DNA from: a virus
IMG/VR virus record: IMGVR_UViG_3300012009_000091
Location: 103,070-167,069 of that record
Direction: 5' to 3' (one strand)
Length of the DNA stretch: 64,000 nt
How positions within the stretch are numbered: position 1 is the stretch's first letter; the number at the start of each line of letters is the position of its first letter. The notes beneath the pieces were generated by a model that saw nothing but the letters and a program-made list of their open reading frames with translations, ran no database searches and was not told the DNA's origin. This document shows, piece after piece, positions 55,311 through 64,000 of this stretch. The translations under genes were made by a program, and so were the position numbers.

Positions 55311-55705
55311 CATTTACTTATACCTACGAGATTCAACACTTTCCCGACTCTCCTGGACATGCGACTGCTGTGGGTTTCTTCAAGTCCGGCGGCTAGAGCT
55401 CGAGCTTCTAGATCGAGGATTGAATCGCCGAACTCGATCAGGAATTCTTCGGGTCCGATGATCTCTCCAGTATTCTCGCTCTCTAGTTGTCTTTGTGTGC
55501 GCACTTGGTCTATCCTGAGTTGGTACTGGACTAGTGTCCGTACGATTCGTGCTGCAACAAGGTCCGGTAGGACAGACAACGCAGTCGGACATGCGATGAG
55601 CGCATCTCCCACGAGTTGACGAGTGAATACCTCTTGTTTGATCTCCTGGCCGTAGTTCTTGTTGGCGCGATTCATCACATACTGTTTCAAATCGTCTTTC
55701 GTCAT
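55310..55705 (-). CDS. hypothetical protein
   Basis: RBS CAGGAG before MTKDDL. Confidence 0.6.
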   Translation of the reverse strand: MTKDDLKQYVMNRANKNYGQEIKQEVFTRQLVGDALIACPTALSVLPDLVAARIVRTLVQYQLRIDQVRTQRQLESENTGEIIGPEEFLIEFGDSILDLEARALAAGLEETHSSRMSRRVGKVLNLVGISK

Positions 55706-55732
55706 TCCCTTCTCCTGTGGTAGGTTGTGAAT

Positions 55733-56035
55733 ATGGACGCTTCCTTCTTCCAAGATCCGACCATTCGTGATTTCATCGCTCGTGACATTCAACAAGCGGG
55801 CGATGAAGCCACGATGGTCAAGAGTGCAGGTTTTCTCGGCCCAGCTTTGATGGTCGGTGGTTTGGGCGGTCTCTTATACGCCGGAGCGAAAGGGCTCAAG
55901 GGGGTGCGTAAAGCATCTCCTCCTGGTCAGCGCTGGCGTCAGCTTCGTCGTCGAGCGCTTGTGACGGGCCACCCAAGAGCTGGACGTCCACCAACTCCCA
56001 AGGCTGACCCCACTTTGTCTCCAAGGCGGATCTAA
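55733..56035 (+). CDS. small putative virion protein
   Basis: MVKSA then a Gly-rich hydrophobic segment; overlaps the tail of a convergent ORF. Confidence 0.5.
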   Translation: MDASFFQDPTIRDFIARDIQQAGDEATMVKSAGFLGPALMVGGLGGLLYAGAKGLKGVRKASPPGQRWRQLRRRALVTGHPRAGRPPTPKADPTLSPRRI

Positions 56036-56534
56036 TCTTTTTAGGCAGATCTTTCATTCGAGGTTGTGGTTCGTCATACAACTTGTCGACGAGGCCGTAC
56101 AGTCGAAGTTGATCGGATACGATGGCTTTCCCTACTTCTGCAACGACTATTCGTGCATCACATCCACCACTGTGCAGCCTGATTACTAGTCGACTTCCTA
56201 AGCACCAAAGCCCTCGTATTTCTTTCGCAAGCTTGTAGTCATAACGCAATGCGAAGTCATTACTTGAGCTGAAGTGATATGCAAGGATCGGGGTTGGGGC
56301 TGCTTTGTTGTTGATCAAGACGTCGAGAAACCACGCATCGTCGTAGAGCGCCCACTCGAGTTCTAGCTCTTTGTCTTGTAGGGTGTTGTAAACGAGTGTG
56401 GAGTATCCTCGTAGGTCGAAGTAGCCGTCGATCAGAATGATTGGATTGCGTGTGATCAAAAGTTGTCGGTATCCCCACTCTATGGTGGCGGAAGGTGTAC
56501 CGTGCTGTTGTAGATAAGACACAACTGACTCCAT
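55896..56534 (-). CDS. hypothetical protein
   Basis: GTATAAG at 56565 and RBS AAGGAGG. Confidence 0.65.
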   Translation of the reverse strand: MESVVSYLQQHGTPSATIEWGYRQLLITRNPIILIDGYFDLRGYSTLVYNTLQDKELELEWALYDDAWFLDVLINNKAAPTPILAYHFSSSNDFALRYDYKLAKEIRGLWCLGSRLVIRLHSGGCDARIVVAEVGKAIVSDQLRLYGLVDKLYDEPQPRMKDLPKKIRSALETKWGQPWELVDVQLLGGPSQALDDEADASADQEEMLYAPP

Positions 56535-56574
56535 AAAGTCCTCCTTCTCTAGGTTCTGTGCGGTCTTATACGAC

Positions 56575-57701
56575 TTAGGAGGGCTGGAAGATGATCGCGG
56601 TCTGTGTCTCTTGTTCGAGAGCGTGTTTCATGTCAGCAATGGACGATTCTTCCTTGTCGGCGAGATTCTCAGCGATTTTGATGAAGTTTTTCAGGGCTTT
56701 CTCAGCACTCTTGAGCAGCGCCGTTCCTCCCTCTGATGTGAGGTCTCCACCGGCCATTCCAGCGCGGCAGAGGGCGATTGTCTTCAGAATGTCTAGAAGT
56801 TGTCTATGGTGACTGATCAAGGCCATGAAGATCTTCTGTAGGCCAGTGATATTCGGCACGCCGATGTGCGTGTCATAGAACACGCAAGCCCGCGCCCACC
56901 CATCGGGCGTGCCTATGATTTTTTTATTTCTTGTCCTACGAACTGAGCATCGCTGACTGTGCGTCGTACTCGTTGCTCGAACCACGTGATGTTGACCATG
57001 ATCAAGTCTACGATGGCTGGGTTCTTCTGGAGGATCCATTGCAGACGTTTCTCAAAGAGTGTTCCAATGCTTTTCCAATCGCGGGAAAAGGCATTTGGAA
57101 GTTCGTTTGGGATATTCGAATCTCCGGGAATCTCGTTGTCGATTCTTTGAACTGTCAGGGCGTAGAGTAAGAATAGCCGGAGCTTCATCTTGGTGGTGGA
57201 CGTCATCGTATGCCCTACGATCTCGAAAATCCACCGATCGACTAAGGTGACTAATGTGGTTGGGATGGTACGAAGGACCAGTTTGATTTTGCCGGCGAAA
57301 AGGGGGACTTCTTGTTCTGCGAAGTCGTCCCACAGAAGTCGCGTTACGTCAATCGGTTCGAGCGACGCTTCGATTTTCGATCTCAACTGTTTGTTGTCTT
57401 CGAGGATTGGATCCAGATCTTTTAGTTTGGATCCTGCGTTGCCAACCATAGCAGCGATTCGGGAGGCGGTTTTGACTTCCTCTTCCGTTGCCGGTTGTAC
57501 GCTAGGGTTGGGGATTTCTTTCTTCTCTTCCTCTTTTGACTCCTCTACAGGAGTGAGGGGGTCTGCGTCGATCTCCTCTCCGCGGGCGATACGTGCTTGA
57601 CGATCGGCCTCTTCGGGAGTGTAGCCTCCGCTGAGTTTTTGGTTCTCAGAGTATCCGGCCCCGATACCCCGCTGTAACCGATCTTGAATTCTTGTTGACA
57701 T
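56575..57701 (-). CDS. tail assembly chaperone-like G/GT pair with -1 frameshift
   Basis: ORF 57701-56913 ends ATA AAA AAA TCA TAG; the -1 frame reads KKIIGTPDGWARAC... to 56575. Confidence 0.65.
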
Positions 57702-57772
57702 GGGTTCTCCTATTGTTGGTCCTCTGATAGTACGTTATCTTACAGAAGGACGGTACATTATCGAGGTCGATT

Positions 57773-58081
57773 ATGGAAATCGCAAGTATCATTCACGATC
57801 GAATTCGTCGAATGTTAGAGAAGACCGCGGCGCCCCGGTCACGGTTGTCAACGCGGGCGCTATTGCAACATGGAAAGGATATCTATGGAGGTCCGGTGTC
57901 TGCTTCGGGATTGGTGCCTGGTCCGGCTAGTCTGATTGATCCTAGATCGTCTGGTTCTCTGACACGGCGATTGTGGTCCTGGACCGGTCCGACTAGTGCT
58001 GACTCCGCAGGTCCAAGCACCGTCTCTTCTGGTCTTTTGGAGAGACTTCGTAATCGGACTTCTAAGGGTTCTGCAAGCTAA
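57773..58081 (+). CDS. small putative virion protein
   Basis: RBS GAGG; LEKTAA motif. Confidence 0.5.
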   Translation: MEIASIIHDRIRRMLEKTAAPRSRLSTRALLQHGKDIYGGPVSASGLVPGPASLIDPRSSGSLTRRLWSWTGPTSADSAGPSTVSSGLLERLRNRTSKGSAS

Positions 58082-58210
58082 GAAGAACTGGCTGAGGTGA
58101 TGTCGGATGACGTCACCTGGCTCAGCCAGTTCAAGAGATAGGATGTCTGTGCCGGCGATGTGATGCGAGCCCGCCGCCAGTTTGGGCGACGAACCTGCAC
58201 GTAGGGCAGG

Positions 58211-58885
58211 TTAGCGGCGGGACCGCTTCTTCCTGCTCTTCTTCCGGCTCTTCCTCCGGCCCTCGTCCCGGTCCTCGTCCCGGCGGTCGTTCCGCCGGTC
58301 GACAGCACTCTCTAACCTTTCGACCTGTTTGGCCGTCTCCGTGGCGCTCTGGAACGCCTTGGCCAGGTTGGACTGGCCCAGGCCCACGCTCTCGGCGTGG
58401 GCCCTCAGGTGCTCCCCCTGCGTAGCCACCTCCTGGTGGATGTTTGCCAGGAGGGCCTTCTTGGCATCATCACTCTCCTGCTGTCCCAGGAGGTTGAGAT
58501 GCGCCTCCAGACGGTCATGGGCCTTCTGGAGGGTCGTCAGGCCGTCATTGGACGACCCTAAGCGGGTAAATTCCTGCGTTAGCAGGAGCACCCGCTCCGT
58601 CACCAGGTCTGGCATGGCCTCGACGTGCCCCCGGAGGGCCGCCGTCTCGCAGAGGATATCCTCTGCGAGATCATCGAGGTCGTCTACCTTATGGCGGACG
58701 TCCCCGATGACCAACCGGTTCCAGATCGCCAGGCCGACGCCGGCGGCGCTTGTCACGGCGCCGCCGATGAGCAGGCCCTTGTCGAGCCCGCTCAGTTTTG
58801 TGGTTTGGCCTTGCGGCCGGAGGTTTGTTGCTTCGACACTCTCCCCTGCGGAGGGGAGAGCTGTGACGTTGTTAGGATTTCCCAT
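58211..58885 (-). CDS. TM + coiled-coil protein with basic tail
   Basis: RBS AAAGGAG; GC-rich. Confidence 0.7.
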   Translation of the reverse strand: MGNPNNVTALPSAGESVEATNLRPQGQTTKLSGLDKGLLIGGAVTSAAGVGLAIWNRLVIGDVRHKVDDLDDLAEDILCETAALRGHVEAMPDLVTERVLLLTQEFTRLGSSNDGLTTLQKAHDRLEAHLNLLGQQESDDAKKALLANIHQEVATQGEHLRAHAESVGLGQSNLAKAFQSATETAKQVERLESAVDRRNDRRDEDRDEGRRKSRKKSRKKRSRR

Positions 58886-58903
58886 CTTCTTTTTCTCCTT
58901 TGT

Positions 58904-59233
58904 TCACTTCGCCAAGTTGGCGAAGCGATTCTCCAGTTGACGTCTCGACGCGTCGAACTCGTCTCTGAGCTGCTCCCAGCGACGTCTCGACGCGTCTAAC
59001 TCTTCTTGGATGGCCCGGAGAGCCTTGTCGATCTCCTCGGACCATCCTTCTAATTCTTTGACTCGGCTGCGGGTCCCCCCGTTGGACACAAGGGCCCAAA
59101 TGGAGAACCCGACAGCCCCAACACTGGCCATCAGGGCTACTCCTGATGACCAGCCCATTTCTGCGGCGTCGTACGCCGGACGGTGCGGTGGTTGGTGCAC
59201 CACAACGACCGGTCCGCCGCCGTCTTGTTCCAT
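58904..59233 (-). CDS. TM + coiled-coil protein
   Basis: RBS GGAGGAG; GTATAAG at 59301; repeat E.DASRR x2. Confidence 0.7.
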   Translation of the reverse strand: MEQDGGGPVVVVHQPPHRPAYDAAEMGWSSGVALMASVGAVGFSIWALVSNGGTRSRVKELEGWSEEIDKALRAIQEELDASRRRWEQLRDEFDASRRQLENRFANLAK

Positions 59234-59365
59234 AGGCTCCTCCGCGTATGGTAAGTTTTGGTTATGCTACTAAAAATATTTAGCAGCGCGTCTCTACCCA
59301 CTTATACGGCGAAAGACGAAAAACTTCTTGACATTGGCAAGTTTGATAGATTAGGTTTTGCTTTG

Positions 59366-59578
59366 ATGAAGCTGATGGGAATTACTGAGGCAGCGGCCAA
59401 ATTGAATCTCAGCCCCTCGACATTGAGACGGTTAGAGAAGTTGGGTCAGGTTTCGCCCGGTAGAACGCCCGGCGGCCATCGACGGTATACAGAAGAGCAG
59501 CTGGAAGATCTGCGAGTGTATTTGGAGAAGAAAACGCTTCGTCGATCTGTGTTTCGTGGAGTCACACTAGGAGATTGA
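59366..59578 (+). CDS. MerR-type HTH protein
   Basis: GITEAAAKLNLSPSTLRRLE..G...RTPGGHRRY; TTGACA-18-TAGGTT upstream. Confidence 0.8.
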   Translation: MKLMGITEAAAKLNLSPSTLRRLEKLGQVSPGRTPGGHRRYTEEQLEDLRVYLEKKTLRRSVFRGVTLGD

Positions 59579-59579
59579 T

Positions 59580-60419
59580 GTGAAAGGAGATCAGAATATT
59601 CCAGGTGTTCCACCTCCTGGCGTGTCACGAGAAGTTGATTCGCAAACAGGTAGATATGAACAAATCAGTCGGCGGGGGAGTTCCTTTAGCCAAGCACGGG
59701 AGGCGATTGAAATGACAGACGATCAACATCTAAAAGGCGGGCGACGAAGACGGCAGAAGCCCGTAGACCCCCAACGTCAACAGCGGCGGAAACGTCCCCG
59801 ACAGAGCCCCCACCCCCGTAAACAGCAGAAGCGGGTGCAGCGACAACAGCGCGAAGAGCCGCAGCGACCGCCGCGTGAAGAGCCGACATTAGTCCATCGG
59901 CCCCAACATCGAAAATCGGATCTCTTGGTATCCAGATCTTCTACTGCCCACCGACCTCGCTCTGGTCAAGGCGGAGACACTGTTGCTCTTCCTCCGCGGC
60001 GTCGGTCGGGAATGCGTACGTCGTACGCGTTCATCAACGGTGTGGACGGTCGAGAGTTTCAGTTCAAAAAGATGAGCTCGGAGTCCAAGACGGCGGAGGC
60101 GACCAACTACGATTTGGGCATGATGAGTTTGATCGCGTTGGTCCAAATCGCTCGAGGTGCAGATCCGGTGGACGTCCTCCGAGCTTTCAAACTCCGCATC
60201 GTGGATGAGAATGGTCAGGTCTTTTTTGACTTCCGCGATTTGGAAGAAGCGCCGGATCAAGATGCCCCCTTCTACGAAGAAGGCGAAGAAGAGTACGAAG
60301 AGTATGATGCTGTTGTGGACGACCTCTACGCGGAAGAGGCTTATGACAGTGACTACGATAGATATGATGACTACGACGACGACGACTACTATGAAGGGGC
60401 AGGCGGCGTAGGCTATTAG
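59580..60419 (+). CDS. hypothetical protein (R/Q-rich N-terminus, D/E/Y-rich tail)
   Basis: 279-aa ORF. Confidence 0.65.
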   Translation: MKGDQNIPGVPPPGVSREVDSQTGRYEQISRRGSSFSQAREAIEMTDDQHLKGGRRRRQKPVDPQRQQRRKRPRQSPHPRKQQKRVQRQQREEPQRPPREEPTLVHRPQHRKSDLLVSRSSTAHRPRSGQGGDTVALPPRRRSGMRTSYAFINGVDGREFQFKKMSSESKTAEATNYDLGMMSLIALVQIARGADPVDVLRAFKLRIVDENGQVFFDFRDLEEAPDQDAPFYEEGEEEYEEYDAVVDDLYAEEAYDSDYDRYDDYDDDDYYEGAGGVGY

Positions 60420-60430
60420 AGGGAGGACGC

Positions 60431-60670
60431 ATGCTGCAAGTCAATACGGAAGGCATCAAAGTTGAAAGCCACAGTGTGGATGTCGACATTCCCTGGATCG
60501 CGCTGGTTACAGCGGGGGCAGTCGTAGGCCGCGTAATCCAATTCTTCGGGCGGACCTCTCGACGGGACAGGCGTTCGGAGATTCGTGAGGAGAGGCAGCG
60601 ATGGCGTCAAGAGTATGAAAGTATTCTAGACGAGATCCGAACGCAGCGGTCAATAGCCCGTGATTGCTGA
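60431..60670 (+). CDS. small membrane protein
   Basis: RBS GGAGG; TM helix. Confidence 0.6.
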   Translation: MLQVNTEGIKVESHSVDVDIPWIALVTAGAVVGRVIQFFGRTSRRDRRSEIREERQRWRQEYESILDEIRTQRSIARDC

Positions 60671-61449
60671 TGGCTAAGAAAACACGCAAGCAGAGAAATC
60701 GCCCGCGCAGGCGGGTGCCTTATAAAACAGGGCGAGCGGTAGTTTCACAGGATTCTTCGGCGCAATCCGGGACTATTCTGGATGATCGGTCCAGACGGGT
60801 GGGTCAATTTGCACTGAGTGACGGTGTATTTGATCTGGATACTGCTCTACAATCTGCTCAAGAACTTGCGTCCACTGCGCAACAGCAGCAGTGGGAAATT
60901 CGAGCTATCTTTGCTCTTCGCCGGCAAGATTCCCCTGTTCGAGGTGCGATAATCAAACCGATTCGCCAAGTCGGGCTGTTCTTGTTCAAGCCTCGAGGGT
61001 TGACAATCGATGTCGCTGAAGACGTGATTCATCGTCTCGGGTTCGAGGAGGCAGATATGCGTCTCCGAGAAGCGCGTGATGATGCAGGACGCGTTGTCAA
61101 AGATAAGTCGGTCATTTTTGTGGTTGAAGATCCTGCTGGTACAACGGGTGTGTCGACTATCAATCGGAATACTCTCGTTCGCCATCTGTTGAGCATGTGG
61201 AGAAAACCTCCAGTCAACACCAATGGGATCATACAGCTCTGGTACGATCGGATTAATATTCGACTTTCTCGCGCTGATCTGATGAAGACGTCCGCACGCG
61301 ATACTCTTTTTGGACACTTGCAGCATGTCCTCGAGTTGATGAAGCAAGGGTTTCGATACGATCCGTGGGCTGGAGATCAACCGAAAGAGGGTCAACTTCG
61401 GAGAGTTAACGAACAGGGGTTCGGGCCATGGGTGAAGGATCGACAGTAG
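60670..61449 (+). CDS. hypothetical protein
   Basis: TGATG coupling. Confidence 0.65.
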   Translation: MAKKTRKQRNRPRRRVPYKTGRAVVSQDSSAQSGTILDDRSRRVGQFALSDGVFDLDTALQSAQELASTAQQQQWEIRAIFALRRQDSPVRGAIIKPIRQVGLFLFKPRGLTIDVAEDVIHRLGFEEADMRLREARDDAGRVVKDKSVIFVVEDPAGTTGVSTINRNTLVRHLLSMWRKPPVNTNGIIQLWYDRINIRLSRADLMKTSARDTLFGHLQHVLELMKQGFRYDPWAGDQPKEGQLRRVNEQGFGPWVKDRQ

Positions 61450-61685
61450 TTATCCGGGTGGATGCACGAGAGAAGACTCCCGAAGAGCTGCTCATCGCGT
61501 TCAATCCGATCGTGGATCGATTTAGTCAGTGGATGTCTCAACACACCATCGTACCGCAACCGTTGATCCGTAGTGAACGAGAACTCATTCGCCAGTTTTT
61601 ACTCTGGCTATCCGGAGATGGTCATGCAGAAGACCAACCAAGTTCGGAAGATCAAGACCCCTCTCTCCAAGTCTCAGATTCTTGA
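61428..61685 (+). CDS. hypothetical protein
   Basis: 85-aa ORF in operon. Confidence 0.5.
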   Translation: MGEGSTVVIRVDAREKTPEELLIAFNPIVDRFSQWMSQHTIVPQPLIRSERELIRQFLLWLSGDGHAEDQPSSEDQDPSLQVSDS

Positions 61686-62013
61686 GGCGTCTAAGTATCG
61701 CCTGTATCTCTTGGTCAAAGACGCTGTTGTACAACACGCTGATGATGGAGGCGCTATTCTTCCAGCGGGTCGGATGATCCATCTGTTAGATCCTCAGGCT
61801 CCTGAGCTGGAGGACGAATATCTCGCGCTCGAGCTCTATATTGATACTCCACAATACTGCGATCCTCGTTCCGGTCTTCCCGAGGGGGTAACTCACGCCC
61901 AAAACGGTGGGCGAGGGTTCCGTCTTCTCCCAGTTCCACTTGGACAAGAACAGGAGTGGCTGCGGGTCGCTTCTGAGAAGTATCACGCCAAAGATTCTTC
62001 TGTCTCTAAATAG
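61618..62013 (+). CDS. hypothetical protein
   Basis: ORF in operon; start uncertain. Confidence 0.55.
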   Translation: MVMQKTNQVRKIKTPLSKSQILEASKYRLYLLVKDAVVQHADDGGAILPAGRMIHLLDPQAPELEDEYLALELYIDTPQYCDPRSGLPEGVTHAQNGGRGFRLLPVPLGQEQEWLRVASEKYHAKDSSVSK

Positions 62014-62101
62014 ACCCTTCCATACAGTTCCCTCTTCCCGCTTGATGGATTGTGTTGTACCGGCGATACTGTAAGCGGTCCTCTGCCGGAGCAATTTCAT
62101 C

Positions 62102-64000
62102 ATGATGGACAGTCAAGATATCAACGCGATCCTCGACGGCCAACAAGACGAGATGTGGGGAATGTCCGGTATGGGCGCATCTCCGTCGTATGGAGAGGAG
62201 TTCTCTGCCTCCGCTATGAGCGGCGTTGCGGAGATCGGCTTGCCGGCTATGGGATTTGGGGCAGCTGTTACTGGCTGGTCGGCTGCAACCCGCATGGGAG
62301 TCGATCCTGCTTTCGGAGCTCCTCGAGCTGGCTGGCGAATGGGGTCCAAAGTGGCCAAAACCTTTCGTGCGGGGGCCATTGCAAAAACTGCGTTGAGTGG
62401 AGCGGGCCTAGCTGTTGGTATGTTTACTGGCATACTGCCTGGGCTTGCTCTTGACGCTGCTGTGCGCGGGGTAGGTGGAAACATAATTGAGGGGGCTCAA
62501 TCCTATACGGCTACCAATCGATTTATGCAGCAGCTCGGTAATGAAACCGCTGGCTTTGGTGGACAATCCATTCTGGGAGTCGGAGGCGCCGCTTTTCAGA
62601 ACGCACAAGAGTGGACTCTTGAGCATGGGGCCGACGCGATGTCCAGTATGGGGGAAAGTACTGGTTTAGGGACGCAAGGCATTATGCAGATGGGCGGAGA
62701 GATGGCTACCAGCGGAATGCTGGGTGAGGTTCGCAATCCGCAAGAGTTCCTCTCTAAGTTCCGTGAGAAGCTTGGTCAAGTTCGTGAGGTGTCTCGTACT
62801 TTAGACATCTCTCTGCAAGAAGCAACGGCAGTGATGCAGCAGCTTCAAGATGCTGGCATTTCATCCGAAGGGCAGGTCGGCTTGAGTACGCGTGCGGGTG
62901 CAATTTCGGGGCTGACAGGTCAATCACTCGACGTTGTTATGGGCGCTGGTATGGAGGGGGTTCAAATGGGCGCCCAACTGGGCATAGGGGCGGACCGGTC
63001 TTTTCAGGTCGGGATGCAGAATCTCAGTTCGTCGTCTGTCATGTCTGGATTGGGGGCGATTGATCCGCGTACATTGGCTCGTTATGGGGGCGCTACGGGT
63101 CTTGCCCAACAAATGACTCAGATCGATCTGCAGATGGGTATGACCCACGGAGGTCAAGAACTCATCTCGCGGCTTGTCAATGAAGAGGGTTCTGGTTTCG
63201 ATTTTGCGCGTATGGGGACCGCGCGGGGAGGAGAACGTCCTGGGAGTCGGCGAGACATTGACCCGTACGCGATGGCCGATCTTCAAGAGGACTTTCTCGA
63301 TAACCAACGGGGCATTGTTCTGGGACGTATCTCGCAGCTGCGAGGAGAGTACACGGACGATAAGGAGTTCCATCGAGCTCAATATAGCTTTCTGCGAGAG
63401 ATGGGTATTGACGATCCACAGATGCAACAGGCCTACCTCCAAAATCTCCGATCTGCACCGACTATGGATCTGTTAGAAACGGGCCAACAGATCGAGAGTG
63501 ACGAGCAGATGGCCGCTGAGATACGGTCTCAAGCGCGTCAGGCGTTTAGTCGCGTATTTTCGGATATGGGTGATTGGATCAATGAAGCCATCTCTCAGCC
63601 CATCCAAGAGTTTGGCCGGACGATGGCCCGAACATTCGAGGAAGCTGGACAGGCCATCAGTGAGGCGTATAGCGGACGGCCTGATAGTCCTACTGGGATG
63701 ATTGCTCCGGATGTAGCTGCTCTACAAGAATATGGCCGCGGCGTATGGATGGGGAATTTCGATCAAGGATATTCTCGAATGGAGATCGCCGATTTTATGG
63801 AAGGCGGCGGCGCATTTGGTACGTTCCAAGAAGAAGATCGTCGAGGGTTTTTTAGTCGAAGTGGTTTGTTGGCAACGGAAGATAATCGCCTCGCGGCTTG
63901 GGCAGTAGAGCAGGAATCAGAAGGTCGGTTGGATTTGAGTGGGATGGGAATTCGAACAGCTCGGACAGAGGCACAGCGTCGCCGTCTTGAAGATCGTGGA
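62102..64000 (+). CDS. tape-measure-like protein (5' partial, runs off the window; absent from the ORF track)
   Basis: translated by hand: MMDSQDINAILDGQQDEMWGMSG...; G/A/M/Q-rich helical; no stop in the part I translated, and the track omits it, consistent with no in-window stop. Confidence 0.7.
   Translation, partial: MMDSQDINAILDGQQDEMWGMSGMGASPSYGEEFSASAMSGVAEIGLPAMGFGAAVTGWSAATRMGVDPAFGAPRAGWRMGSKVAKTFRAGAIAKTALSGAGLAVGMFTGILPGLALDAAVRGVGGNIIEGAQSYTATNRFMQQLGNETAGFGGQSILGVGGAAFQNAQEWTLEHGADAMSSMGESTGLGTQGIMQMGGEMATSGMLGEVRNPQEFLSKFREKLGQVREVSRTLDISLQEATAVMQQLQDAGISSEGQVGLSTRAGAISGLTGQSLDVVMGAGMEGVQMGAQLGIGADRSFQVGMQNLSSSSVMSGLGAIDPRTLARYGGATGLAQQMTQIDLQMGMTHGGQELISRLVNEEGSGFDFARMGTARGGERPGSRRDIDPYAMADLQEDFLDNQRGIVLGRISQLRGEYTDDKEFHRAQYSFLREMGIDDPQMQQAYLQNLRSAPTMDLLETGQQIESDEQMAAEIRSQARQAFSRVFSDMGDWINEAISQPIQEFGRTMARTFEEAGQAISEAYSGRPDSPTGMIAPDVAALQEYGRGVWMGNFDQGYSRMEIADFMEGGGAFGTFQEEDRRGFFSRSGLLATEDNRLAAWAVEQESEGRLDLSGMGIRTARTEAQRRRLEDRG

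Noticed and set aside
55122-55313. 63-aa minus-strand ORF
   Set aside because: Its ATG abuts the promoter motif, it has no RBS, and the sequence is better explained by RNA stems.
59366-59578. IS607 transposon
   Set aside because: Only the MerR-like HTH is present; there is no serine recombinase domain or tnpB.
62113-63701. Short track ORFs at the right end
   Set aside because: They are off-frame or antisense to the long ORF starting at 62102, which the track omits because it has no stop in the window.

Overview
This window is a 64-kb segment of a large (probably jumbo) tailed dsDNA phage with a Gram-negative host, using standard code 11. The evidence is dense ATGA-coupled small ORFs and replication/nucleotide genes: dNK, HD hydrolase, DinG helicase, DHH phosphoesterase, NAD-dependent ligase, TK, TMK, RNase H and a degenerate RecA. 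It also carries an amidase, a holin with embedded Rz/Rz1 spanins, virion-like paralogs, a tail chaperone with a -1 slippery site, and a tape-measure-like ORF that runs off the right end. Positions 15.9-25.7 kb hold paralog arrays: five mosaic pentapeptide-repeat genes plus a relic, two FGE/CLec genes with DGR-like C-termini, and a duplicated gene pair. The most striking feature is a minus-strand island at about 30.3-36.5 kb. There, three long hairpin-saturated non-coding tracts (about 800, 500 and 900 nt, with a tRNA-like element, a pseudoknot, a 36-nt direct repeat and AGGA-loop hairpins) are interleaved with a phage-borne P-loop/tandem-Csx3 (Crn3 ring-nuclease-like) gene. This is a candidate RNA-plus-protein anti-defence module. 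A recurrent GTATAAG promoter motif and hairpin+TTTTAG terminators also delimit ORF-less RNA units at 30.36-30.46 kb and 54.9-55.3 kb. All calls come from reading motifs by eye; no searches or folding programs were run.
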